A stretch of 64,000 bases of DNA from the human T2T-CHM13v2.0 reference genome, Homo sapiens: NCBI RefSeq assembly GCF_009914755.1, contig NC_060938.1; one strand, 5' to 3'. Position 1 is the stretch's first letter. The number at the start of each line of letters is the position of its first letter. A model generated the notes under the pieces. The model was given only the letters and a program-made list of their open reading frames with translations, made no database searches and was not told the origin of the DNA. The translations under genes were made by a program, and so were the position numbers. Below are positions 14,245 to 33,047 of the stretch, piece by piece.

Positions 14245-14625
14245 GACCTGGATGTGACTTTTATAGTTATTTAACTTATCTAATTTTCCTAAGGTTTGGT
14301 TTCCTCATCTCTAATGTGGAGATATCAATTTTAACTTTCACACTGGATTCTTTTAATATTAGCTGAGATACTGTATGTAAAGTGCTCAGGATAGTAAGTA
14401 TTCAGTAAACTAGTATTCTGTACCTTTCCTTCTTTAGTAGCATAAAGATACAGGACATAGAGCTTAGATTTAGACCTCCTGGATCAAATTCCTGGTCCTC
14501 GATTTACTAGCTTTATGACCTTTGGGCAAATTGCTTAAACTTTCTATGCCTTAGTGTCTTCACGTGTAAACAAACCACATTTATAGAGATTAAACAAGTT
14601 AATACATGTAAATTACTTTAAAATT
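14245..14625 (+). mobile_element. Two adjacent MIR fragments
   Basis: gtttcctcatctctaatgtggagat...tgtaaagtgctcag and ctttatgacctttgggcaaattgcttaaactttctatgcc. Confidence 0.65.
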
Positions 14626-14749
14626 TTTGATTTATGTTAAGGGATATAATAAGATTCTGTCTTCTCTTCCTTATTCTTCATCTATTACTATTACCATCAT
14701 CATCATCATCATCATCAGAATCAGTTTTGTAGAAGGAACAGTTGTACTA

Positions 14750-15460
14750 AATGTCTCATATTTCTCATCTCCTTGACCCAATACTATCTAGCTTTAGCAC
14801 TCCTCTCTCAACACTTTCCTGTTCAATGTTCTTAGGATTATTGTTTCATCCTCTATTTGTAAAACCCAATGGCCTCTCTTCAGTTTTTATCTTGGTCAAA
14901 TTTGGTTATCCCCTCGCTCTTATTAAGTCTCTTCTTCCTTTTTATAATTCCACCCTTGGCTTTCTTTATACCTCTAGTTGTTCCTCCTACATTATAAGGC
15001 ATCTTTTTTCTACATTCACTTTCTTTCCAACATACAATGCCGGTATTAGTCAAGGACTCTGCAATTAGTTTTTCTGTCCTCACTCTGAACATTATTACTG
15101 AGAAATTCCATCTATGACTGTGGCCCCATCATCTAACATACAAATAAATACTGCAAGTCTATATCTCTTTCTAGTCTTATCATAAATGCCAAAGCCCCAG
15201 CGATGCCTTTTTTTATTCCCCAGATGGAGTAGGTCTCATAATAGTTCATATTTCTGTTAGCATTTTGACGATATATACTTATTTAAGAAAATTGAAGTAC
15301 TTTTCTCAAATTATAAGTTTATTATCCTGTTTTCACACTAGCCTGTAACCTATAGAGGATTCACACTTTGTTTAATTCACCAGTGTATCACAATAACCTT
15401 CAGCATGCCAGGCACATTTCTGACATTTGGGTATGTTTGTTAACTGATCATTGAACTGAA
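14750..15460 (+). mobile_element. L2 fragment, degenerate
   Basis: aaaacccaatggcctctcttcagtttttatctt; 3' end tgccaggcacat...atgtttgttaactga. Confidence 0.55.
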
Positions 15461-17934
15461 TCTGAGTTCTATAAGTGAATATCCACAACCATTTGCAAAT
15501 ATCAACCTGAATGTCCCAAAGGCCCCAGAAGCATAAATCCAGAAAGTAAAATTATGTACCTTTTTTTTTGGTCTCTATATATTTCCATGGAATCATTGCT
15601 TGTGCACTTATTTATGTGCAAGAAATTTCCTTTGCAATCTCTCCAAGAAATGTTCTTAAAGTTACAGCCTAAATAATAGATTTTGGAGTGAACCTAATTT
15701 TGTATGGAGATATTGAATGAATGACTGATACTGCCATTTTTTGCTTCATATGTAGCTTGATATATTGAAAGTTTTTTCCATTGATATGTTGTGAATAATC
15801 TTTTCATCAACATTAATGGATTAGTCATTGAAGGCAAGGGTAGTATATCTTTAGCATATTTTTGAATATATAGCAGGGAACCATAGAAAGGGAGATCCAT
15901 TTCTATTTGACAAAGATGAGATTATACTAAAAAAAGAAACTGTTTAGAGAAGTATTGCAAGCTCTTAGACTTCCCTGGCTTCTAAGGTCACTCCACTAAG
16001 GTTATAACTCATTCCCTGACCACTGCATGAAAAGTAAACAGCATCCCCAACTCATCTATCTGTCAACAAAGCTGGGACTTCAACTTCTGAAACATTGCTA
16101 TGAGCTGAATTAGGTCCCCACATTTCTCTGTAACCTTGCCCAAATATGTACCAAATGAAGGTTGAAGAAAAGATATTCTGTTGTGTACTTGAAATATCTC
16201 CATGCTGTGTCTGCTCTTTGATATAGAATTTGATGATCATTACTCTTATAGGTGTTTATAGTTTTGCTTACTCTAACCATTTCTCTCTTATTAAAGATAT
16301 ATCCATTTCTAAAAGCTTATATGGCTCTTCCACAGGGAAATTTCATTTTTACTGTCATCATTGTCATCTTTGCAAAAGATAAAGTTTCCTTTGATCCCCA
16401 GCTATGTATTAAAAAATACGTACATATATATTTCCTCTGCCATCTAAGAGTAGTGTGTTGTTTTAATATAAGAATTATTCATACTATAGTAAGTGTACAA
16501 AATGTCAGTGCTTTCAAGCTACATATAGTGCAAAAACCAGCAATATTAATCATTTGTTCAACAGCCCAATGGGAAATTAAGTTCATTCTAAAAATCTATT
16601 ATTTATATTGTAATTACAAGAAATTTTCTTGTACCTAAATAATCAAAAAAGCAAACATCAAAATGAGGGAAAAGTGAAGACTATTTTTAAGAACGTAATC
16701 GAAAAGACAGAAAATAAGTAAAATCTTCATTTATTTTTCTTTGGAAGATAAGTTTTACTAAGGGTCACAAAATTCAAGCAGCACATTCTTAAAAAAATTG
16801 TGTGAATCTAGAATTTAGATTGTCAACTTTATAGAGGTAATGGCATTGGATTATTTCCAGTTTCATAATTAGTCGTGGCTGCTTTAAATTTATATACATA
16901 TAAATGTATGTATATATATACTTATATAATTATATATACATTCATAAAACAAATATTTGGATGATCAAATTTTATTTGTTAATTGCACTGTATATATCTG
17001 GTGCTTTTTATATCACTTCAACTGGTTTTAGTTTGAAATGCATTTTGATCTAGGCTAAAAAAGAAATTCAGGTTAATTCATCTAGTATATATTATTTCAA
17101 ATTTGGGAATTAGGAAGAGATGAACCTTAAAGTTTTAATATTTATATTGATTACTTTAAATTTTTCTTTTAAAAACCCAATGCTGTGTTCTTTCACTCAG
17201 CCTGGTGCCTGGTGTCTCTCAGGGCTCTCTTTACTGCCAACATCAGCATGTTTTCTGGATGCTATTAGCTTGCAAAGCTAAGGCATTTGGGATTTACTAG
17301 AAAATAAAAATAGGTTTGAACTTGTTCATATTCACCTGCTGTTTTCAAGATGAAAACACCCAGGAAAGCAATTTGGAACTGCATAAGACATTTTTCTTTT
17401 TTTAATTTAAGGAAATTATTATATTTAATGAAAGTATGTCAGCTCAATTTTGCACCAGAGAGAAAACTACTAAGATTTAGACAGTCATGTCTTGGAAGAA
17501 GCCTAAAACGTTTATATGCTCCTATTTTTTTTTTAACCTACCGATCATGTATATGTTTAATTGAAGAAAAAAGCAACTGTATGTACAATATATTTTAACT
17601 TTTCTCTGTCCTGAGACTACACAATTTTGGTAGGTGGTTTCTAGGGAGTGTATACCACTTCTAATTCTACTGTGAACACATACTCCCCTCAAAGTGATAT
17701 GATATATGGGTCAGGGAAATGAAACATATATATCTCTATATATAGATGTATCATATATATAAATCATGTATAAATCATATATAAACTTGTGTATATATAT
17801 TGATTAAAGTGACACCTCCAACACCAAACCAGCTACCAACAGTGCCTGAATTACCTGCTATTAGAATTAGTCTTGGTTTTAGTTGAATTTTATATTGGAT
17901 TGGCACTAGGAATTCATGTAAAACATGAGTCTTC

Positions 17935-18125
17935 TACTCACCAAGTTCTGGGCTCAAAGTCAGGTTTGGCTTCTTATCAACTGTTTGACAGTGGACAAGA
18001 TATTTCTCTGAGATTTGCTGTATTAATCTGTAAAAATAAGACAATGACATGTCTTATAGAACTATTGTGAATCTTAGAGAACTAAGTTGAGAAGTGTCTA
18101 GCATAGTGTAGGTATATAACAGATT
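17935..18125 (+). mobile_element. MIR
   Basis: ttctgggctcaaagtcagg...ctctgagatttgctgtattaatctgtaaaaataag...agcatagtg. Confidence 0.6.
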
Positions 18126-18177
18126 TTTCCTGTCTCTTTTCCTTACACATGTTTAAATATGTATTCAACATATAATT

Positions 18178-18727
18178 TCTTTATTATTATTATTATACTT
18201 TAAGTTTTAGGGTACATGTGCACAATGTGCAGGTTAGTTACATATGTATACATGTGCCATGCTGGTGTGCTGCACCCATTAACTCATCATTTAGCATTAG
18301 GTATATCTCCTAATGCTATCCCTCCCACCTTCCCCCACCCCACAACAGTCCCCAGAGTGTGATGTTCCCCTTCCTGTGTCCATGTGTTCTCATTGTTCAA
18401 TTCCCATCTATGAGTGAGAACATGCGGTGTTTGGTTTTTTGTCCTTGCGATAGTTTGCTGAGAATGATGATTTCCAGTTTCATCCATGTCCCTACAAAGG
18501 ACATGAACTCATCCTTTTTTATCGCTGCATAGTATTCCATGGTGTATATGTGCCACATTTTCTTAATCCAGTCTATCATTGTTGGACATCTGGGTTGGTT
18601 CCAAGTCTTTGCTATTGTGAATAGTGCCGCAATAAACATACGTGTGCATGTGTCTTTATAGCAGCATGATTTATAGTCCTTTGGGTATATACCCAGTAAT
18701 GGGATGGCTGGGTCAAATGGTATTTCT
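18178..18727 (-). mobile_element. Young L1PA (L1PA3/4-like) 3' end, 5'-truncated
   Basis: (TTA)n tail, then ttatactttaagttttagggtacatgtgcacaatgtgcagg. ORF2 C-terminus MFIAALFTIAKTWNQPRCPTMIDWIKKMWHIYTMEYYAA at 18397-18639. Confidence 0.95.
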
Positions 18728-19010
18728 TGGAAAAGGTTTCATGATCTCCTCTTTTTGCATCTTAATGGTAATCATTTTATTGTACCAGAAATAATTTAGC
18801 AGAAAACTGGGTTTGAAGGGTACTTAGGTACTGGAGTGGTGGAATTATAGTGATTACAAAAGACACCTCATTTACTTGGCATTTCCTTCTAGGGTTGTGT
18901 TATGCCCCTTCTAAAACTCCTCTTGCATGTAAACTTAAGACAGATGGATATCATCTCAAATTCTCCTTCTAGATTCCTATTTTCTTCCCTATGTTTAAGA
19001 TCAAACTATG

Positions 19011-20074
19011 GTTTGCAAATATTTTCTTTCAATCTGTAGGTTGTCTTTTATTTTGTTGATTGTTTCTTTTGCTGGGCTTTCTAGGTGTTGTGCCAACAAC
19101 ATCAAGAAACTTTTCCATTGTGTTTTGTTCTAAGAGTTTTATGATTTCAGGTCTTACATTTAGATTTTTTATCCATTTTGTGTTGATTTTTGTATATGGT
19201 GTAAGATAATGTATGAGATATTGATAAGAGGTTAATATCCAAAATATTCAAGGAACTCACACAACCCAATAGCAAAAACAAAACCTGATTTTTAAAATGG
19301 GCAAATTATCTAAATAGGCATTTTTCCAAAGAAGATTAAAAACATCTAACAGGTGTAAGATAAAGTGCTCAAAATCACTAATAATCAGGAAAATGCAATT
19401 ATAAGCCATAATGAACTATCACCTCACATGTATGGATAGCTATTATCAAAAAGAAAAGAGATAACAGGTGCTGGTGAAGATGTGGAGAAAAGGGAACCCT
19501 TGTACGCTGTTGGTAGAAATATAAATTGGCACAGCCATTATGGAAAATAGTATATAGTTCCTCAAAAAATTAAAAATAGAACTTCCATATGACCCAGCAA
19601 TCCCTCTATCGGGTATATACCCAAAGTAATTAAAATCATCATCTCATAAAGATATCTCTGCTTCCATATTTATTGCAGCACTATTCACAATAGTGCCAGA
19701 TATGGAAATCATCTAAGCATCAGTTGATGGATAAGAGAATTGTGATACATATTTTTTAAAAATAAGGAGATGTCACCATTTGTGACAACGTGGATAAAGT
19801 TGGAAGATGTTACACTAGGCGAAATAAGCCAGACACAAGGAAACAAATACTCTGTGATCTCACATATTTGTACAACCTAAAAAAAATCAAATGCATAAAA
19901 ACAAAGGGTAGAAATTTGGCTACTAGGGACAGGGAGGGGAAGAAAATGAAAAGTGGGTACAAATTTGCAGTTATTAGAATGAATATGTCTAGAGATCTAA
20001 TATACAACATGATCACTAGAGTTAATATTGTATACTGAAAAGTTGCTGAGTATATCTTAGATGCTCTTACCACT

Positions 20075-20110
<36 letters not shown>

Positions 20111-20219
20111 GGTAACTATAGAAAGTGATTAATAGGTTAATTTGTTAACTGTAGTAACCATTTCACTATGTATATGTATACCAAAACAGCCTATTGTACA
20201 TCATATATATGTATATATC
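19011..20219 (+). mobile_element. L1MA-like insertion with 5' inversion
   Basis: Antisense segment at 19011-~19213, then sense ORF2 end and 3' UTR at ~19218-20219. Flanked by tcaaactatg at 19001-19010 and 20220-20229. Confidence 0.82.
20076..20108. repeat. (CA)n microsatellite
   Basis: CA run in the L1MA 3' UTR. Confidence 0.9.
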
Positions 20220-20434
20220 TCAAACTATGTAACTTTGCCTAACAAATGAAATAGATAATGGGTAAGACATTGTGACCCTTTATGCTCCCTAAAACTTTTA
20301 TGCTTCATATTTCCAAATCTGTTTTTTTAGTCTCTATTCACAGGACCAAATATTTTTTCTGGTTTATATTTTTGTGGTACTTGGCCACAGGTTGCCAGAC
20401 ACGCTTATTTAGGGAAGAAGCAAATCAAGACAGA

Positions 20435-20820
20435 TTTCTTAGTCCATTCTCACACTGCTATAAAAAAACTTCCTAGGACTGGGTAATTTATGAAGAAAAG
20501 AGGTTTAATTGACTCACAGTTTCTCAGGCTGTACAGGAAGCATGGCTGGGAGGCCTCAGGAAACTTACAATCATGGTGGAAGGTGAAGAGAAAGCAAACA
20601 CATCTTATCATGGCTGGGCAGGAGAGAGAGCAAGTGAATGGAGATGTGCTACACACTTTCAAACAACTAGATCTTGTGAGAACACTCTCACTATCACAAG
20701 AACAGAAAGGGGGAAATCTGCCCCCATGATCCCGTCATCTCCCACCAGGTCCCTCTCCCAACACTGGGGATTACAATTCAGCATGAGATTTGGGTGGGGA
20801 CACAGAGCCAAACCATATCA
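20435..20820 (-). mobile_element. THE1D/MSTA-type MaLR solo LTR
   Basis: ttagtccattctcacactgctataa...gggacacagagccaaaccatatca. 5-bp TSD acaga/ataga. Confidence 0.9.
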
Positions 20821-21591
20821 ATAGACAAAGGAAAAACTGTAATTGACAAAGAAGAGCTAGGAAGTGTTCTTGGAGTAAAAATTGACAAGATTCCTTTGCT
20901 TACTTTTTAACAAAGTAACAAATATTGAGTGACCTAGGTTTATTTCTATAATTCTGAAAATAATTTTCATCTTTCAAGGGAAAAAAGCCCTATAAATTAA
21001 CAAATTTTATTGTTTTATACAAAATTAGAAACATTATTAAAGTATAGTGCAAGGATATCAGAAATTACTCTACCCTTCAATCTCATTAGTCTATCCAAAG
21101 AATTTATAGTCCCAGTTATGTGAAAGGTAAAGAAGTTAGAAAATATTAGCTCTTTACATTTTAATATACATGATTGAGTTTCATGATATCATGCTGTTTA
21201 AACAAATCCTCTCAAAAAAAAAATTTGAAGCCTTTCTTCAAAAAAAATCTTTAGAGAAACCAAAAATAGAAAAGAGTGAAAACTGGAATTTCTCTTATTG
21301 AAAGAGGGAAGGATTTGAGAGAGTTTGCCCCTTGTTCCTTTACCACCTGGAGTCATTTCTGGGCCTCCAGGCGACTTAAACTCTAGGATTTCAGAGCGCA
21401 GGCCAAGATAAAGCAAACTCTCACTACTCTTAGAGGCAGTCTACTGTTCTAAACAGTTTTCCATACTGTAAGAGATAGATACTGTCTTAGTCCTTTGCAT
21501 ATCTTCGTCCATATGTCAATGCCTGGCCTGGCTTTTAGTTTCTATATCCTAATAAGGACAAAGATGGCACTCAAGTAAAAGTCTTTTCTGT

Positions 21592-21690
21592 GTATATTAT
21601 ATATATACATATGTATATATGTGTATATATGTATATGTATATATGTGTGTATATATGTATATGTATGTATATATATTTTTTATATATGTA
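21592..21690. repeat. (TA)n/(TATG)n simple repeat
   Basis: Long TA/TG alternating tract. Confidence 0.85.
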
Positions 21691-21714
21691 TTGATTACTA
21701 GCAAGCAATTCTAA

Positions 21715-26040
<4,326 letters not shown>

Positions 26041-26209
26041 TTAACCTATTAAATTGGCCAGACTTTTGCCAACTGCATCATATGTTTATTGGTCTTTATA
26101 TGGTATCAAATTCAAAACAAAAAAATTATAATAATTAAGTGGTTTCGAGTAGATAATTTTGTTTAAATGAGACCTTGGGAATATCTGACATTAATTATAG
26201 ATGTATTGA

Positions 26210-27165
26210 AATATCTCATTATATACTGTATCCCAGCCACACATTCTTTCTCCTTTATGTCTGTATTTCTAATAGTGAAAACTACATTTTTTCAGCCATT
26301 CAATCTTAGAGACATTGAGTTACTTTCTCTTCCTCTTACTCCCTCTATATGTTTAATTATCAGTTCTACATTCTCTAAAACTCTTTCTTTCAATTTTTAA
26401 TATTATTGTTGTTCTTCTTACCTCTTGTTTGGGTGATTGTATCAACCTGTTGTTAATCTTCTTCTACATATAACTTGTCTTCTCCTCTATTGCTAAGTTA
26501 ATTTCTTAAGGCATAACCATGATTGTAGTCAGACGCTGGATGAAAAATGTTTCCTGGATTTTTATGGCCAACAGAATAAAATAAAATATATAACAGATCA
26601 TAATCTAGTCTGAATCACCTTCCCCTATCATGTCTGCATAATTGCAACAAACTCTTCACTTACATTTACACAATTAAGCACTGTTATTCTTCCACTTAGG
26701 TCTTGGCCACTTATGTCATGACTATATACCTTTAACTTGGAATACTCTTCCTTTAATATCCAATATCAATATGTAACCCATTATTGAAGGGCCAATTATT
26801 TGATATAATTTCTACTTTTTTGAATTTGTTGAGACTTGTTTTGTGACCTATATTAACCTGTTGGAATACTCTTCCTTTCATCTCCAATATCAATATGTAA
26901 CCCATCCTGGAAGGGCAACTGACATTCAATTTCATATTTTAAGTTTCATTCTCTATCTTAGCAAAAAAAACTAATTGCTATACTTTATCAGCAATATAGA
27001 ATTTGTCAAAATATGCCATGTCTTAACTATCTGTATACGTCTTAATCTCCACACAGTAAGCTATAAAATCCTCAAGCATAGAAAACATGCTTCATTTTAA
27101 CTTGCACTCATCTAGCAGAGTTTCTCACAGATACTCATGGAATGTTTATTGAATTGAATTATTTA
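26210..27165 (+). mobile_element. L2 fragment, degenerate
   Basis: 3' terminus gtaagctataaaatcctcaagc...gaatgtttattgaattgaat. Confidence 0.5.
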
Positions 27166-27501
27166 ATGACATATAAAATGTCCAAACTAGCACAGTGCCT
27201 TTAATAGTTTCCTCTCACCTATAGTAACTCCACTTAATTAGAGGTGACCTGGTTCTCTATCATCACACCTAAGGGAATATTTCTTGGCTATATGTACTGT
27301 TTTTCCCCTGAACTCACTCATTCCATTTAACTGAAATTTGCTTTATTTACTTCACCTAGCTGTCCCTGCTCTCTCCTTCAAAATCCCCTTGAATTTGGTG
27401 CTTTGTATTTCTCTATCATTCCCAAAATTTTCATGAAAGTTCATCTTTCATTCAAAAAATCTTTCTTTGGCTTATCTTTGCCAGTTCTTTCGTATCCCTT
27501 T

Positions 27502-27503
<2 letters not shown>

Positions 27504-27541
<38 letters not shown>
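27504..27541. repeat. (CA)n microsatellite
   Basis: CA run ending in cgcacgca. Confidence 0.9.
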
Positions 27542-30500
27542 GCATGCACTGATGTGGGACTTGGAAATTAAGGCAAGGCCAGTTTATTACTTTTGTTATT
27601 GTGGTGCTGAGTATTCTATTTTCATGGGTGGGTATTTTAGGTATTACACACAATTTTCTTAATAGCAGTAAGATTCAGAAGGAAGCATATGCACTGACTT
27701 AATTTTACTAGGAATTAAATCCAAAAATTAAAATTAAATTAATTACAGGAAAAGCAAGTGAGTTTGGGTAGGACAAAATAATAAAGAGAAAGTATTGTCC
27801 ATATTCAATCAGCATGACATTTTTTCCTCAATTTTTTCCGTGTTAGAATTCTTACATATTTTGCTCACCTATATCCTATGCGATCTTTAATATTTCCTTG
27901 TTTAGTTAAAACATACTTCACTTTCTCTTTTTTTTTTTTTTCCCTGGGATGTATTTCTATTAAAGAAAAACAAGAACACTTAGTCTTCTTCAAGTAGAGA
28001 TTTGAAGAAGTGTTTCTCCCTGATGCTTTTCATCCTTCATATTCTGGTTCATTCCTAGAACAAAAAGGAAGAGGTAAAGGAAGTTGTAAGAAGGTGGAAA
28101 AGGAATCGTGCAGTGAAGAAATCAGATAACTTATGAGCAACACGCACCCCCCCAGTTATGTACAAAGTAAGTTTCTGATTACTAGATAATACAATCTTCA
28201 AAAGTGGTTTGATAATTTCCAAGACAAAAAGAAATTTTACATTATCCTTACCACTACTTCTGTAGTTGCCAGAAATTAGGCAAAGTCTTTACAACTGTGG
28301 AAGAGGGAATGGCCATATAGGTCCGTTGAGCCAAATAAATGACCAGAGGATATTTTCAGTGGCAAATATGTTTTGATTGAATATCTGTGTGCTGAACACA
28401 AAAATTAAGATGTGAATGACTGAGGTATAAGGACTGCTCAATAAAAGTTAGGGTAGTAATTTGTGAAGACTAATGTACGCAGACAAATGAAATATCAGGG
28501 AAGCCAGAAGAAATAACTGGTGATGGACAAATATAAAGGTCAAGGGATTGACCCAAACCATAACTGACCAAAAAACATTCAGGTAAGAGAAGACATTGAG
28601 AAAGAGAGAGAGATCAGTACTTAATGAGGACAAATTTGAAGGCATGTCCAAAGCAGCAGGTAAACAAGGTGGAATGGAGTGAAAATTTTTCAAAAGACTA
28701 AGGGCTAGAAGCATTAAATCAAAAAAAATCAAAATATTATAGCTGAAGTGTGGAGACTAGGAAAGGAAGAAAGAAGATCAAAGTAGAAAGACAGTGAAAA
28801 AAACAATATCCAGTGGAAAAGGAAAACATATGAATGACAAATTAATCCTGCTTTTGGTAAGATAATAGAGAAAACAAAGAAATATGAATTAGTTATGTAG
28901 CTCACCAAATTAAGTGAGATATATAATTTCCAGTAATCAATTTTTAACATCCAGTAATATCTAAGAAGGAAAAGTTAGAAGCAGTAGTATTAAAGCATTA
29001 AAGAAACACACACACACATGCATGCACACACACACACACACAAATAAAACTCCTGGGTTGCTTTTATTATGCAGTAACAAACCAAAACAATCCCTTCAAA
29101 TAGGAAAAAGAGACAAAACAAAATGAAAAAACAGAAAGTTGATAAAACTTTGAAATCCCAAGACTAGAAACAAATGTTTGAAAAATTGTCAATGTAAAGG
29201 AAATGCTTTGTACAAAGATGTCTTTTATGGGATTTGTTGTAATCTCCCAGAGAAACAAACAAAAGCAACAACATCAGGATAGGAGAGGGAGACTGTGACC
29301 ATGAGGACGAGTAACAAGGGAAAAATCTAAGGAATTAGTAAATATTTAAAATGGAAAACCATATAAGGGAGGAGAAAGAATAAAGAATTTAAATAAGCAA
29401 ACAGCTAAAGGAAATCCGCACAAAAAAGATTGCAACAGGACACAAATGCATTGTGTACCTTTGTGCATTCCTAAGGTATACATAATTTGGTTACAGCTGA
29501 TTTACAATGTTCCATCTCAATAACTCCTTGAGTGGCAGGAATCTGAAAATGCTATCGCTTTGGGATATTTTAGTGAGACATGATAAAGTAAAAAGGCTGA
29601 CGTGTGCAATCATATCTGCTTTGGCCATGCTACATCTACTTGAGCGGAGGGTGGATGGCACAGGAAACATAATGGAAAGAAAAACAAGGGGATGTGACGA
29701 AGAAAATAATAATTAGGCACATGTAAGCTTGAGAGAAAGAGAGAAGATAACACTTCAATAGTCAGCAATTTTGTATCCCAGCCACTAAGTATTGGCTAAA
29801 ATCTTCCATTGAAATTCTGCCCTGCACCACTTCCTTCATTGCGAGCAAAGCCATTCATCAGTTCTTTCATGCTGGTTCAATTAAATCCTATAGTGCTCCC
29901 AGGCAATGTAGCATCAGCTCTGGTGAAGAATTTCAATTCCATAAACAGGCCTGTAAATATGCTACTGTGGATAAATTGGCCATCAGGGTGATAGAGAGTA
30001 GCAAACGAAAATGTGTGATTACAGCTAGTTTTAGTGTGCTAGAAAGCTGCTGAGCCATTACTGTGAGCAAGAACAATGTTTTTGCCTCCTCTGCTTATCT
30101 AGTGTTTTTGCTCTCTCCATATTAGCTATTTCCAGGCAAATACACTTTGTCTGATTTATATTTCTCACTTAGTTACTCTCACAATGACCCTGACATAGAT
30201 TTTTTAGAACTCAAATCTAACATACCCCTCAAGCCCACTCTCCTCCAAGTACCATCTTCATCATGCTTTGTCCTCCTAGGCTCTCCAGTCTTAGAGTGCT
30301 AAGAATATAGGCTGGCTTTCTGTTTTGTTTTTAACCTTTAAATTAAGTACATATGGAGAACTCTGACCTATCTGCACCTTTGAGTTTTCCTACTTTTATA
30401 TCCTTGTTTTTATATAACGCTTAGACAATCAACTTTACACTGTAATGGGAAAAAATGATTTAAAGTTTTTTTACTATCATTACATTATAGACAAAAGTCA

Positions 30501-31053
30501 CACTTGTCTTCAAAGCAAATGTCTTTTTAAAAATAGCAATTTGTTTAAAGAAAAAGCACTAATATTGTATAAAGCTAGCAAAACTGCTTTCCTCTAATAA
30601 ACTAGTTATCTCAAAAACTTCCAGAGATAAAACTTAGGCATTAACAGAAGGAAATAACTTTGTGTAAAAAAACTTCTGAAACTTATTTATATTTATCAAA
30701 TACAATGAAATTTGTTCTGCCAAGAAAGATAGATGCAGGATTTTCCATGTTCAATAAAATAAATAACATGTTAAGTCTTTGGGTTTAAGGGTTTTCAAAT
30801 AGAAAATCCCCAAGAAAGGCAACTATGTAATTGTTCTGACATTGCTAATCACTACATACTGGACTTTAGATTTTCACGTATTTTTTCCTAACACAAAATT
30901 CATGTGAAAGTGGATTTTGTATTGAATATTACAGGTAAAATCATTAACCAGAAGATTTCCATAATCTTCAATAGCCCTTCACCAGCAAGAGAGGCAGCAG
31001 TCTCTCTTGCTGCTACTTTACTTAATATTAGCAATCACAATCCTTCCCACCTA

Positions 31054-31358
<305 letters not shown>

Positions 31359-32159
31359 CATGCTGTATGCCTTCAATGCATTGTTCTTTCAATTGTATTC
31401 TAAGAATTGAGTAGAGAAGAATCAACTCTTCTGTTATATTTACAAGTAAACATATTTTAACAGAGTTGAGTTAATATTGTCCTTGACTCTAACATCAGCC
31501 CTTTTAATTATGTTTCATTCTTTAAATGATAAAAGTGTGTTTGGGTCACACATTGATTTGTCAGAGAGGGATTTGAAACATTTAGTCAAAAAATACATAA
31601 TTTTTTTAACAAGAGGTAAGCAGAGAAATGTTTTAAATCAGAGTAGCTCTTGAAATAGATGGAGAAGAAAATTTGAGGCTACTAAATGGGAATAAAGGCT
31701 GAGATATGTTCCCTTTCTTTCTAACAGTCAATCAGTGTCTAGGATTTTAATACATTTCTTAGACCTCCATGTCTTTTATTCAAAGTGAAAGAAAATGTGT
31801 TCTCATCTTTTATATAAAATGAAAGTAACTATGTTCTGATTAGTTCTATTTAAAAACATACTTCAGTCAGATGTGGGGTTTATGTAAGTTCAGAATTAAT
31901 GATTTTAAAAAGAGATCTTATTAGATTTTATCAGAGCCATCTATGAGCATTCCAAAACTTTTATCTTTTGTATTCTTTTAAATATTCACGTAATTGTTAG
32001 AGATAACAGACCAAGTGGCCTCAGAATAGTTGTGCAAACTCCAGTGCAATGATGAAGTAATTAAGCCTAGATTTGGATTGAAATTATAGATCTGCTAGAT
32101 ATAAAGAAGGTTATTAAATAATTGATAAGGGATTGTTTAACAAGGAATATACATCTTTC

Positions 32160-32320
32160 CTAAACCCTAGTTATTTGCTCATTCCTTAAACTTCAGTTAC
32201 TTCATTTGTAAAATAATAAATAATAGTAATAAGTAACTCATTGTGTTTTGAGAAGCTTAAGTCACATAGCACAAGAAAAATTCTTAGCATAGTAAGTGTA
32301 CAACAAATGTTAGCTAAGCT
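32160..32320 (+). mobile_element. MIR fragment
   Basis: cttcagttacttcatttgtaaaataataaataatagta...cttagcatagt. Confidence 0.55.
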
Positions 32321-32466
32321 AATAAATCATAATACATTGGTTTACCTTTCAATGACTAGCACAATGAAGTGATTTTTCCTCTTTTTGTGATATTTGAACT
32401 GTTTCTATAAAGTGGTATACACATTTTTAATGCAAATTTTGAAATAAATGCTCTGAGAGTCTACAT

Positions 32467-32683
32467 CAGAGGTTGATAAACTATACCCCATTGGCCAAAT
32501 CAAACTCACAGGCTGAGTTTTTAGTCTTATTTGGAAGACAACCTGCTCATTTGTTTTTATATTGTCTCTGACAGCTTTTAAATATCAACAACAGTGTGGA
32601 GTAGTTATTACAGACACTGTATGGGCCACAAAGCCTAGAATATTTACTCTCCAGCCCTTTACAGAAAAGTTTATCAACCCCAG
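32467..32683 (+). mobile_element. MER58A-like hAT-Charlie MITE
   Basis: TIRs cagaggttgataaact / agtttatcaaccccag; 8-bp TSD gtctacat / gtctatat. Confidence 0.85.
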
Positions 32684-33047
32684 GTCTATATCATGCTAAA
32701 CATCTGGATTTTTTTAAGCTCAGTAATTTTACGGGAATTTCAGAGTCTTCTCAAAGGTTTTATTATTATTAGCAGATTCTTCCTGTCTATAGGATGTCAA
32801 TGAGACAAAGTATAACATGCCTGAAACAGAAATCTTAATGCCCCACATCCCTCATCTACAATTGTTTCTCTCCCAGTCTTTCCTCTCAGCTAACGACTCA
32901 GTTTTCTAACGCATTTTTTAATTTATTTTTTGCTTCCACCCCACCGTATCTAATCCACCAGCATGTTTCATAGAACCTGACCCCAAAATACTTCCCTACA
33001 CTCATCTCTCCTCTTTATGGCTTTGCCCCACTCTACTTCAAGCTATC

